Origin: Escherichia coli
GTDB taxonomy: Bacteria > Pseudomonadota > Gammaproteobacteria > Enterobacterales > Enterobacteriaceae
Assembly (NCBI RefSeq): GCF_003019035.1
Contig: NZ_CP027447.1
DNA length: 64,000 nt
Reading direction: 5' to 3' (one strand)
The position numbers and the translations under genes were made by a program. Below the pieces are notes generated by a model, which saw only the letters and a program-made list of their open reading frames with translations, was not told the origin of the DNA and ran no database searches. Of the stretch, positions 1 to 7,277 are shown piece by piece (position 1 is the first letter of the stretch; each line of letters begins with the position of its first letter).

Positions 1-350
1 ATGAAAAAATAGACTCACTCTCCACCAGACTGGAGAAGAAATCCCGTATTCAGCCGCCTGAGCCTGATGAGGAGGTTAAGAAGCTGCGGGCGGAAGTGAC
101 AGCATTAGCGGTTGAGGCGGAATCTGCCATCGCCGTTCGATTGTCCAGCGCTTTTGAGACGCTGTGTGCATATTGTGCTGAAAACATGATTGATACCCCC
201 AGAGACTTCATGGCAGGCCTGGTCTGTCAACTGGAAAGCACAGCGCGTAGCCTGCGCTCCACATTTGACCTGCCGGACGAGCCAACAGGCAATGCAGCGC
301 CTTCATGGCTGACTGAGCCGACGCCACAGATTAACGGGCTGGAGGCATAA
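1..350 (+). CDS. hypothetical phage early protein, 5' end outside window
   Basis: Open frame runs from position 3 with no upstream stop to TAA at 348-350; it ends 3 nt before the transposase start. Does not resemble Mu Ner. Confidence 0.45.
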   Translation, partial: EKIDSLSTRLEKKSRIQPPEPDEEVKKLRAEVTALAVEAESAIAVRLSSAFETLCAYCAENMIDTPRDFMAGLVCQLESTARSLRSTFDLPDEPTGNAAPSWLTEPTPQINGLEA

Positions 351-353
351 CCA

Positions 354-2135
354 ATGAATGCTGCCCTGACTGAACGACTGGTTTATGTCGCCCGCGCGGC
401 ACGTGACGCGGGGCATGGTAAACGCGGTGCAATATACGACGCTGCCTGTGCTGAACTTGGCATGTCCCGCGCCACTCTGCTGCGCAGGCTGAAGGAGGTC
501 TCTGTGACTGATAAACGCAAAAAACGCGCCGATGCCGGGCGCAGCGCTCTGACCCGCGACGAAGCCGCGCTGATATCTGCCACACTGCGTGAGGCCACCC
601 GCAAGAACGGTAAGCGTCTCTATTCCATCGCAGATGCAGTGGAAACCCTGCGGGCTAACGGCTTTATCTCCGCAGGCAGAACAGATGAAACCACCGGTGA
701 GTTTTTCCCGTTGTCCGAAGATGCCATCAGTCGTGCCCTGCGTAACTATGGCCTGCACCCGGAACAACTGGATGCCCCTGCACCGCATACCGAAGTGGCC
801 AGTCTGCATCCCAATCATGTCTGGCAGATTGACGCCTCACTCTGCACGCTTTACTACCTGAGCAATGGACATAAAGGGCTGCAGGTGATGGACAGCGCGA
901 AGTTCTACAAGAACAAGCCCGCTAACCTTGCCCGTATCGCCAGTGACCGCGTGTGGAGTTACGAGATTACCGACCATGCCAGCGGCTGGATTTACGTTGA
1001 GTATGTGACGGGCGCGGAATCCGGTGAGAACCTGTGTTCTGTGCTTATCAACGCCATGCAGGAGCGCGGTGGCGCAGACGTGCTGCACGGCGTGCCGAAA
1101 ATACTCTATCTCGACCCTGGCTCGGCAAACACCGCGGGTATGACGAAAAACATGTGCCGCTCACTGGGCATCGACCTGATAGCGCACAGGCCGCATAACG
1201 CCCGCGCCACCGGACAGGTGGAAAAGGCGCGTGACATTATCGAACGCAAGCTGGAGCCGGGTCTGAAGTTCCGGCCGGTTCACAGTCTGGAAGAACTCAA
1301 CGCGCTGGCCGCGAAATGGCGCAGCCACTTTAACGCCACGGCTGTTCACAGCCGCCACGGTAAAACCCGCACGGATATCTGGCTGAAGATTACTGCTGAG
1401 CAGCTGAAAAAAGCGCCTTCCGTTGAAGTATGCCGTGAACTGGCTGTGGCGACACCAGAACTCCGCAAAGTCACGCCAAAACTTCGTGTCTCGTTCCGGG
1501 GCACTGAATTTGACGTATCAACGGTACCGGGCGTACTGGTTGGTGAAAAACTGATGATTACCCGTAACCCATGGCGCAGCGATGTGGCACAGGTGGTTCT
1601 GACCGGTGAGGACGGCCACGAGACGTTCTTCCTGGTCGAAGAGGTCAGAAAGAACGAGTTTGGCTTTGCTGAAGGCGCGGCGGTATTTGGCGAAAGTTAC
1701 AAAGCCCTGCCGGAAACCCCGGCACAGATGGCGGCAAAAGAAACCGAAGCGCTGGTTACCGGTACAGACAACGCCGCAGATGCAGCCGCCGCACGCAAGG
1801 CGAAGGCGCTGCCGTTCGGCGGGCGGCTTGACCCGTATAAACATATCGACGACACCACACTTCCGGCCTATATGCCGAAGCGTGGTCAGGCCTCTGACGT
1901 ACGCGGGCCGCGCACTGAACAACGTCCCATGACTCATGTGGAGGCCGCGAAAGCCCTGCGCGATAAGTTCAGCGCCGACGGCCTTACCTGGACGCCGGAA
2001 CATTACCGCCAGTTAACGGCACAGTACCCGGACGGCGTACCGGAAGCTGCACTGGATGAAGTCATGGCCACGCTGACCACGCCGGCCCGCAGCAGCGTTA
2101 TCAGCAGCGTTATCAGCATTGTTAACGGCAACTGA
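354..2135 (+). CDS. Mu-like DDE transposase (A-like, integrase-core family)
   Basis: 593 aa ORF, ATG at 354 with GGAGG upstream; integrase-core-like segment (HVWQIDAS...); sits directly upstream of a B-like ATPase as in Mu A-B. Confidence 0.8.
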   Translation: MNAALTERLVYVARAARDAGHGKRGAIYDAACAELGMSRATLLRRLKEVSVTDKRKKRADAGRSALTRDEAALISATLREATRKNGKRLYSIADAVETLRANGFISAGRTDETTGEFFPLSEDAISRALRNYGLHPEQLDAPAPHTEVASLHPNHVWQIDASLCTLYYLSNGHKGLQVMDSAKFYKNKPANLARIASDRVWSYEITDHASGWIYVEYVTGAESGENLCSVLINAMQERGGADVLHGVPKILYLDPGSANTAGMTKNMCRSLGIDLIAHRPHNARATGQVEKARDIIERKLEPGLKFRPVHSLEELNALAAKWRSHFNATAVHSRHGKTRTDIWLKITAEQLKKAPSVEVCRELAVATPELRKVTPKLRVSFRGTEFDVSTVPGVLVGEKLMITRNPWRSDVAQVVLTGEDGHETFFLVEEVRKNEFGFAEGAAVFGESYKALPETPAQMAAKETEALVTGTDNAADAAAARKAKALPFGGRLDPYKHIDDTTLPAYMPKRGQASDVRGPRTEQRPMTHVEAAKALRDKFSADGLTWTPEHYRQLTAQYPDGVPEAALDEVMATLTTPARSSVISSVISIVNGN

Positions 2136-2145
2136 GGAGGAAAAC

Positions 2146-3312
2146 ATGCTGGTACTGAAGCAGCAACTGAAAGAGGCCCGTATCCCACAGGCGGTGGTGG
2201 CGAGAGCTGTCGATGTTTCTGAGGCCACGCTGGCCCAGATTGTGAATCATAACGCGTGGCCCCGCACCCGCCCCGGAGAAGTGCGCCGGCGTCTTGCGTC
2301 CTGGCTGGAAAGTCAGGGGATTGATACAACGAAGAGTTTTGATGCTGTACAGGGCGCGGCCACGCCCCGTACAGCGGGTACCACAGATAAAACGAGCCTC
2401 AGTGAGGAAGAGAATATGTTACTCAAAAAACAGGTGTTATTTCCAGCAACCAAAAAAGCGTTTGGTCTTTTCCGTGACCCGTTCGCCGACGAAGCCATGC
2501 AGGGTTCTGATGATGTGTTCACCACCCCGGACATTCGCTACGTGCGTGAGGCGCTGTACCAGACAGCCCGTCATGGTGGGTTTATGGCCGTCATCGGTGA
2601 GTCCGGTGCGGGTAAATCCACGCTGCGCCGCGACCTGACTGAACGTATCAACCGCGAGAATGCGCCGGTAATTGTTATCGAGCCATACATCATCGCTATG
2701 GAAGACAACGATGTGAAAGGGAAAACCCTGAAGGCAGCAGCTATTGCCGAAGCCATTATCAGTACCATCGCACCACTGGAAAGCATCAGACGCAGTCAGG
2801 ACGCCCGCTTTCGCCAGTTGCATCGCGTCCTGAAAGACAGCAGCCAGGCGGGGTTCAGCCACGTTCTGGTGATTGAGGAGGCTCACAGTCTGCCCATTCC
2901 GACACTGAAACACCTCAAACGCTTTTTTGAGCTGGAGTCCGGTTTCAAAAAACTGCTGTCCATCGTGCTGATTGGTCAGCCGGAACTGGCGACAAAACTG
3001 TCTGAACGCAATATGGAAGTCCGTGAAGTCGTTCAGCGCTGTGAGGTGGTCGAACTTCTGCCTCTGGACAATAACCTTGAAGAGTTTCTGACGTTCAAAC
3101 TGCAACGGGCCGGTAAACAACTGACGGACATTATGGACGCCAGTGCAGTGGATGCCATACGTGCCCGCCTGAGCAATCCGGGAAGTCATCGTAAAAATAT
3201 GGTCAGCCTGCTGTATCCGCTGGCCGTCAGTAACCTGGTGATAGCCGCCATGAATCTGGCCGCTGAAATCGGGGTTCCACAGGTCAACGCTGACGTTGTC
3301 AAAGGGGTTTAA
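2146..3312 (+). CDS. Mu B-like AAA+ transposition ATPase
   Basis: ATG 2146 preceded by GAGGAGG; Walker A GESGAGKST, Walker B-like VLVIEEAHSL; N-terminal HTH-like segment; overlaps A stop. Track ORF starts at TTG 2119, but the ATG at 2146 has the better RBS. Confidence 0.8.
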   Translation: MLVLKQQLKEARIPQAVVARAVDVSEATLAQIVNHNAWPRTRPGEVRRRLASWLESQGIDTTKSFDAVQGAATPRTAGTTDKTSLSEEENMLLKKQVLFPATKKAFGLFRDPFADEAMQGSDDVFTTPDIRYVREALYQTARHGGFMAVIGESGAGKSTLRRDLTERINRENAPVIVIEPYIIAMEDNDVKGKTLKAAAIAEAIISTIAPLESIRRSQDARFRQLHRVLKDSSQAGFSHVLVIEEAHSLPIPTLKHLKRFFELESGFKKLLSIVLIGQPELATKLSERNMEVREVVQRCEVVELLPLDNNLEEFLTFKLQRAGKQLTDIMDASAVDAIRARLSNPGSHRKNMVSLLYPLAVSNLVIAAMNLAAEIGVPQVNADVVKGV

Positions 3313-3314
3313 TA

Positions 3315-3584
3315 ATGAAATCCACCACAGGTATCAACCAGCAAATCAGCAAAGTGCAGTCAGCCATTATGGCGCTTAAGGCGACGAACACGGATGTACA
3401 AAGCATCACCATCAGGGGTAACAAACCTGTCATCCGCGTTTCCCGGAGTGCGCATTGCATGCGCATGCTTGAGCAGGGAAAGGCCTGTTATCTGTATACC
3501 GGACATGACCACAGGGGATATTTCCGTCAGGGCGTTTTCGAACTGCACGGCTGTCGCGTCGTGTGGCCGGAATCTTTGTGGTAA
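3315..3584 (+). CDS. hypothetical small protein (89 aa) between B and gam
   Basis: ATG 3315 with AAAGGGG RBS, 2 nt after B stop; no recognisable motif. Confidence 0.5.
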   Translation: MKSTTGINQQISKVQSAIMALKATNTDVQSITIRGNKPVIRVSRSAHCMRMLEQGKACYLYTGHDHRGYFRQGVFELHGCRVVWPESLW

Positions 3585-3611
3585 TCAGCACAACTGGAGA
3601 AATCATAAAAT

Positions 3612-4142
3612 ATGGCAAAAAGTACAAAAGGGGCAAAACGTATCAAGTCCGCAGCGGCACTCTGGGTACCAGGGACACGCGAAGAGGTCATTGAGGGCAT
3701 CAGACTGCTCGGTGACGCACAACGTGAACTGGTCAGGGCTGAAACAGAAATGAATGACGCCATTGGCGATATCACCGCACGTTATGCCCCGCTCACCGAG
3801 AGCCTGAAAAAACGCATGGCCGAACTGCAGTCCGGTATTCAGACATGGTGTGAGGCACACCGTGATGAACTGACCGGCAACGGGAAGGTGAAGTTCGCTA
3901 ACCTCACCACCGGCGAGGTGCAGTGGCGAAACCGTCCGCCATCAGTCAGTATCCGTGGAGCGGATAATGTTATTGAACTACTGAGACGTCTGGGGCTTGA
4001 GCGCTTTATTCGTGTAAAAGAGGAAATAAATAAAGATGCCATTCTGAATGAAAAAGAGGCCGTGAAAAATATTCCCGGTATTACCATAAAAAGTGATATT
4101 GAGGATTTTTCAATAATTCCTTTTGAGCAGGATGTGCAGTAA
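3612..4142 (+). CDS. gam: Gam-like host-nuclease inhibitor (Mu Gam / Ku-like DNA end-binding)
   Basis: 176 aa; N-terminus MAK...KRIKSAAA, ETEMNDAI, and C-terminal EDFSIIPFEQ closely match recalled phage Mu Gam. Confidence 0.88.
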   Translation: MAKSTKGAKRIKSAAALWVPGTREEVIEGIRLLGDAQRELVRAETEMNDAIGDITARYAPLTESLKKRMAELQSGIQTWCEAHRDELTGNGKVKFANLTTGEVQWRNRPPSVSIRGADNVIELLRRLGLERFIRVKEEINKDAILNEKEAVKNIPGITIKSDIEDFSIIPFEQDVQ

Positions 4143-4184
4143 ACACACCACGTTAATTATTTAATAAAAATATTTTCTTTTTTA

Positions 4185-4221
4185 TTCCGGCGTCAGCGCC
4201 GTGGGCTTCTGCACGCCGGAA
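4185..4221 (+). promoter_or_regulatory. inverted repeat / hairpin in AT-rich intergenic region after gam
   Basis: ttccggcgt (4185-4193) pairs with acgccggaa (4213-4221), preceded by a T-rich tract; may be a gam terminator or an operator for the next operon. Confidence 0.3.
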
Positions 4222-4239
4222 ACAGAGGAGAATTAAATT

Positions 4240-4434
4240 ATGATATTTAAATGTATTCAGTGCGAGAGGGATATAACAGCCCTGCGTTTTCACAGCGCCA
4301 TCGCCGTGATGTCCGGTAAATACCACATCCCTGCGGTACGCGTCACCCTGGTCTGCCCGTACTGCAGCCAGCATTTTTCGGCGGACGTGCCCGTCATGGA
4401 ATTCTCCCGCCCTGACAGGGAGGACGCGCAATGA
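4240..4434 (+). CDS. small zinc-ribbon protein (64 aa; CxxC...CxxC)
   Basis: ATG 4240 with GAGGAG RBS; Cys pairs CIQC and CPYC about 30 residues apart. Confidence 0.55.
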   Translation: MIFKCIQCERDITALRFHSAIAVMSGKYHIPAVRVTLVCPYCSQHFSADVPVMEFSRPDREDAQ

Positions 4435-4703
4435 TTACCCCACAGGAAGCACGACAGCGCACCCGAACCCTTGTTGAACACTATGTCAACGAGTGTGAAT
4501 GCCGCGACCTCACCGATGTGAAGCACGTCCTGACGGCGCTAATCAGCATGGCCGCTCAGGCCATTGTGGCGACCAACGGAAAGGCGGCTGCCCTGCAGGT
4601 ACTGGTGAACACACTCACCCACACGGCAGAGCATGAGGTGCCGTACCGGATGGAAACCACTGCAGAAGGCGGCCTGCACATCACCGTCAGCCGGAAGCAC
4701 TGA
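4431..4703 (+). CDS. hypothetical protein (90 aa)
   Basis: ATGA start/stop overlap with the preceding gene, GGGAGG RBS; no recognised domain. Confidence 0.5.
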   Translation: MITPQEARQRTRTLVEHYVNECECRDLTDVKHVLTALISMAAQAIVATNGKAAALQVLVNTLTHTAEHEVPYRMETTAEGGLHITVSRKH

Positions 4704-4712
4704 GGGCGCGGC

Positions 4713-5009
4713 ATGACACGAAACACCGAACTCACCCGCACCGCCCTCTACCGTCTGGCCCTGCACCGTTTCGGGCCGGACGCACAGGCCCTGAAACTGA
4801 CAGAAGAGGCCGCTGAACTGGCGGCCAGTGCTGCCCGCAATCTGAACGGACAGGGCAACGAAAGTGACCTCGCGGCAGAGCTGGCAGACGTGGAAATCAT
4901 GACAGAGCAATTGCGCCTTCAGGGGATGGACCGGCTGATTGACTTCCACAAACAGAAAAAACTGGAACGTCTGGCTGCACGACTGGGCGTGATTTACACG
5001 AACGAGTAA
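4713..5009 (+). CDS. MazG-like nucleotide pyrophosphohydrolase-domain protein (putative)
   Basis: 98 aa; EEAAELA and ELADVEI motifs resemble the EExxE and ExxD helices of small MazG/NTP-PPase proteins; GAGGG RBS. Confidence 0.45.
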   Translation: MTRNTELTRTALYRLALHRFGPDAQALKLTEEAAELAASAARNLNGQGNESDLAAELADVEIMTEQLRLQGMDRLIDFHKQKKLERLAARLGVIYTNE

Positions 5010-5023
5010 CCGGGAGGCATTCA

Positions 5024-5239
5024 ATGGCTGACATACTCAGGGAAATCACCGCATGGATACTGATTCTTACTGGCCTGGCGACATGCCTCAGTGCGGGGGC
5101 AGCCCTGGCTGCCCTGCTGATGCACATAACAACACAGTGGTTATGGGAAAAGCTTAAAGCAGCATACAGCCTGAAAGAGCTGTCCGACGCTGTCCGGGCA
5201 TGGAAACGGCAGAAAAATACCGGAGATACAGAACAATGA
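5024..5239 (+). CDS. small membrane protein (71 aa, one predicted TM helix)
   Basis: ATG 5024 with GGGAGG RBS; hydrophobic segment ITAWILILTGLATCLSAGAALAALLM; ATGA overlap with the next gene. Confidence 0.5.
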   Translation: MADILREITAWILILTGLATCLSAGAALAALLMHITTQWLWEKLKAAYSLKELSDAVRAWKRQKNTGDTEQ

Positions 5240-5919
5240 CAGACCAGAATAAACACATTGAGAAACTGAAAAAGTTGCTGGCGCTGGCCGCATCCGGCAA
5301 CCCGCACGAGGCCGCTCTGGCACTGCGCCGAGCCCGTAAACTGATGGATGTTCACGGCATCACACATTCCGACATTGCTATGAGTGATATTGATGAAACC
5401 ATCAGTCATTACTGGCCGACAGGCAGTCTCCGTCCACCGCGCTACATGCTGGGCCTGATGAACATCATCCGCGAGGCATTTGGTGTTAACTCCATCATTC
5501 ACCCCGGCACGCATCCGTCTGTGGGGTTCTACGGTAACCGGGAACGAGCGGCACTGGCTGCGTACACCTGGGAAGTGCTGGTCCGCCAGCTGAAAAAGGC
5601 GCGTCAGCAGTATATCAGCGCACAGAACAAAAGAATAAAAAACGCCACCCGTACCAGCCGTGGAGACCAGTTTGCTGAAGGCTGGGTACTGGCCGTTATC
5701 AGTGAAATACAGTCCTTTGCCCTGACCGATGATGAGCGTGAACTGATGCAACAGTGGCTGGAACATAAATACCCGCAAACGCAAACCACCAGGGCGCGTA
5801 AACCGGGAAGAAGCCGCAATGGCGACGCCTCGCGCTATGCGGGGTTTCGTGAAGGGCAGAACGTCAGACTGCACCGCCCGGTCAGTGGGCAGGAACAACA
5901 GAAACTGGAGGCCAGATGA
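5236..5919 (+). CDS. DUF2786-like phage protein (227 aa)
   Basis: N-terminal motif KLKKLLALAASGNPHEAALALRRARKLM is typical of the DUF2786 family; GGAGA RBS. Confidence 0.55.
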   Translation: MTDQNKHIEKLKKLLALAASGNPHEAALALRRARKLMDVHGITHSDIAMSDIDETISHYWPTGSLRPPRYMLGLMNIIREAFGVNSIIHPGTHPSVGFYGNRERAALAAYTWEVLVRQLKKARQQYISAQNKRIKNATRTSRGDQFAEGWVLAVISEIQSFALTDDERELMQQWLEHKYPQTQTTRARKPGRSRNGDASRYAGFREGQNVRLHRPVSGQEQQKLEAR

Positions 5920-6146
5920 TTACGCTATCAGGTAACAGCCGGAAATTAAAAGCCTGCCGAATATCTGCCAGATACCTTTTTGCCCGCGCCTTTTTTAAGA
6001 ACGTCAGGCCGGGGATCACAATTGGTGTTATTGCCGGACGCGAACAGGTTGAAAAATACATGTCAGGTGCATGGTGGGATAACGACCCTGTCATTGCTGC
6101 CCGTAATATTCATATCAGTTGGGGGGATATTCAGAATGACGGCTGA
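5916..6146 (+). CDS. hypothetical protein (76 aa)
   Basis: ATGA overlap with DUF2786 gene stop, GGAG RBS 5 nt upstream; no domain recognised. Confidence 0.4.
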   Translation: MITLSGNSRKLKACRISARYLFARAFFKNVRPGITIGVIAGREQVEKYMSGAWWDNDPVIAARNIHISWGDIQNDG

Positions 6147-6351
6147 ATCTGTTGTATGTGCCCTGTTCTGGTATTGTTTTGTCGGTTGGTGTACTGCTGA
6201 ACTGCACCGCCGTTCAGGGTTTTATTCACGTTACAGTGGTGCCGGCTACTGGATTAGCTGGTCGGTGATGTTCCTGTGCTGGCCTGTGGCGCTTCCTTTA
6301 TATGTCGGTTATATCGGTGGCGCAGGTAAAAGGAGCAACGATGATGACTAA
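6136..6351 (+). CDS. small membrane protein (71 aa, two predicted TM helices)
   Basis: ATG 6136 preceded by GGGGGG; two hydrophobic, W/C-rich helices; 3' end overlaps gemA start. Confidence 0.45.
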   Translation: MTAESVVCALFWYCFVGWCTAELHRRSGFYSRYSGAGYWISWSVMFLCWPVALPLYVGYIGGAGKRSNDDD

Positions 6352-6793
6352 ACAACGTCTTATCCAGCTCATTCATATTGCCCGTAATGAACTGGGTATG
6401 GATGAAGACACCTACCGCCAGATGTTACAGGGGCTGACCGGTAAAGCCTCAACCAAAGGAATGGATACCACACAACTAAACTGCGTGCTGGAATCCATGA
6501 AAAGGAAAGGCTTTCGCGTTAAGCCTGCCGGAAAAGCCAGCTCCGGTTTACCGCTGGATAACCATCCGCAGTCCAGGAAAATCCGTGCGCTATGGCTTGA
6601 AATGGCTGCTGCCGGCATTGTTCGTGACCGTTCAGAAAATGCATTAGCGCGGTGGATCAAGCGGGAAACGGGCATCAGCGCCCTGCGCTGGCTCAATACT
6701 GAACAGGCAAGCAGTGTTATTGAGAAACTGAAGAAGTGGCAGCACAGAGCTGCGGGAGTAAAACATGAGCGACCTGAATCAGTTTCGAAGTAA
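6341..6793 (+). CDS. gemA: GemA-like protein (Mu gp16 family)
   Basis: ATG 6341 with AAAGGAG RBS; N-terminus MMTKQRLIQLIHIARNELGMDEDTYRQ matches the GemA family; 3' end overlaps mor by 29 nt. Confidence 0.8.
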   Translation: MMTKQRLIQLIHIARNELGMDEDTYRQMLQGLTGKASTKGMDTTQLNCVLESMKRKGFRVKPAGKASSGLPLDNHPQSRKIRALWLEMAAAGIVRDRSENALARWIKRETGISALRWLNTEQASSVIEKLKKWQHRAAGVKHERPESVSK

Positions 6794-7163
6794 AGGGCCG
6801 GAACTCCTGGTGGAGCTGGCACAGCATACCTCTGAGACCGTTCGCGAGATTATTGATATTGAGCCCGCAATTGCCGACCAGATTGGTCAGGCCGTCGCGA
6901 ACCGAATGATGCAGGTCTGGGGCGGGCAAAACGTTTATTTCCCGATGGGCATGGTATGGAAGGTCAGTCAGCGCGACCGGGAAATCTTCAGGGAGTTTAA
7001 CGGACGCAACCACCACGAACTGGCCCGCAAGTTTGGTGTTTCGCTTCAGTGGGTCTACAGCGTGGTTAAGCGGGTCAGAAAAGAAGAACTGGATCGGATG
7101 CAGGGCAGGTTGTTTGATGAAGATCTGCCAGAGGAGACGAAAGACGTTAACAAATCCAGATAA
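6765..7163 (+). CDS. mor: Mor-like middle-operon transcriptional activator
   Basis: 132 aa; GGQNVYFP motif and C-terminal HTH resemble Mu Mor; GGGAG RBS. Confidence 0.82.
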   Translation: MSDLNQFRSKGPELLVELAQHTSETVREIIDIEPAIADQIGQAVANRMMQVWGGQNVYFPMGMVWKVSQRDREIFREFNGRNHHELARKFGVSLQWVYSVVKRVRKEELDRMQGRLFDEDLPEETKDVNKSR

Positions 7164-7205
7164 TTCCTGCTTGTTAAAGTCCTTTCAAAAATCTCCTTAT
7201 TGTAT

Positions 7206-7240
7206 AAAAGCACGGTAGACCCCTTACCGTGCTTTTTTTA
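7206..7240 (+). terminator. rho-independent terminator after mor
   Basis: Stem agcacggta / taccgtgct with 7-nt loop, followed by a T7 run (7234-7240). Confidence 0.6.
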
Positions 7241-7277
7241 TGCTCTCTCTTTAGTATTCAGGATGCAGGGAGAAAAT

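Noticed and set aside
303-818. 171-aa minus-strand ORF
   Set aside because: Lies antisense inside the transposase gene in GC-rich sequence; no RBS context; typical shadow ORF.
2437-3189. 250-aa minus-strand ORF
   Set aside because: Antisense within the B-like ATPase gene; no independent support.
4897-5898. 333-aa minus-strand ORF
   Set aside because: Antisense to the well-supported + strand DUF2786-like and neighbouring genes, which have strong RBSs and coupled junctions; shadow ORF.
7200-7277. Upstream extension of the membrane-protein ORF (track start 7200)
   Set aside because: The extension overlaps the mor terminator hairpin and lacks an RBS; the ATG at 7278 has a strong AGGGAGA RBS.
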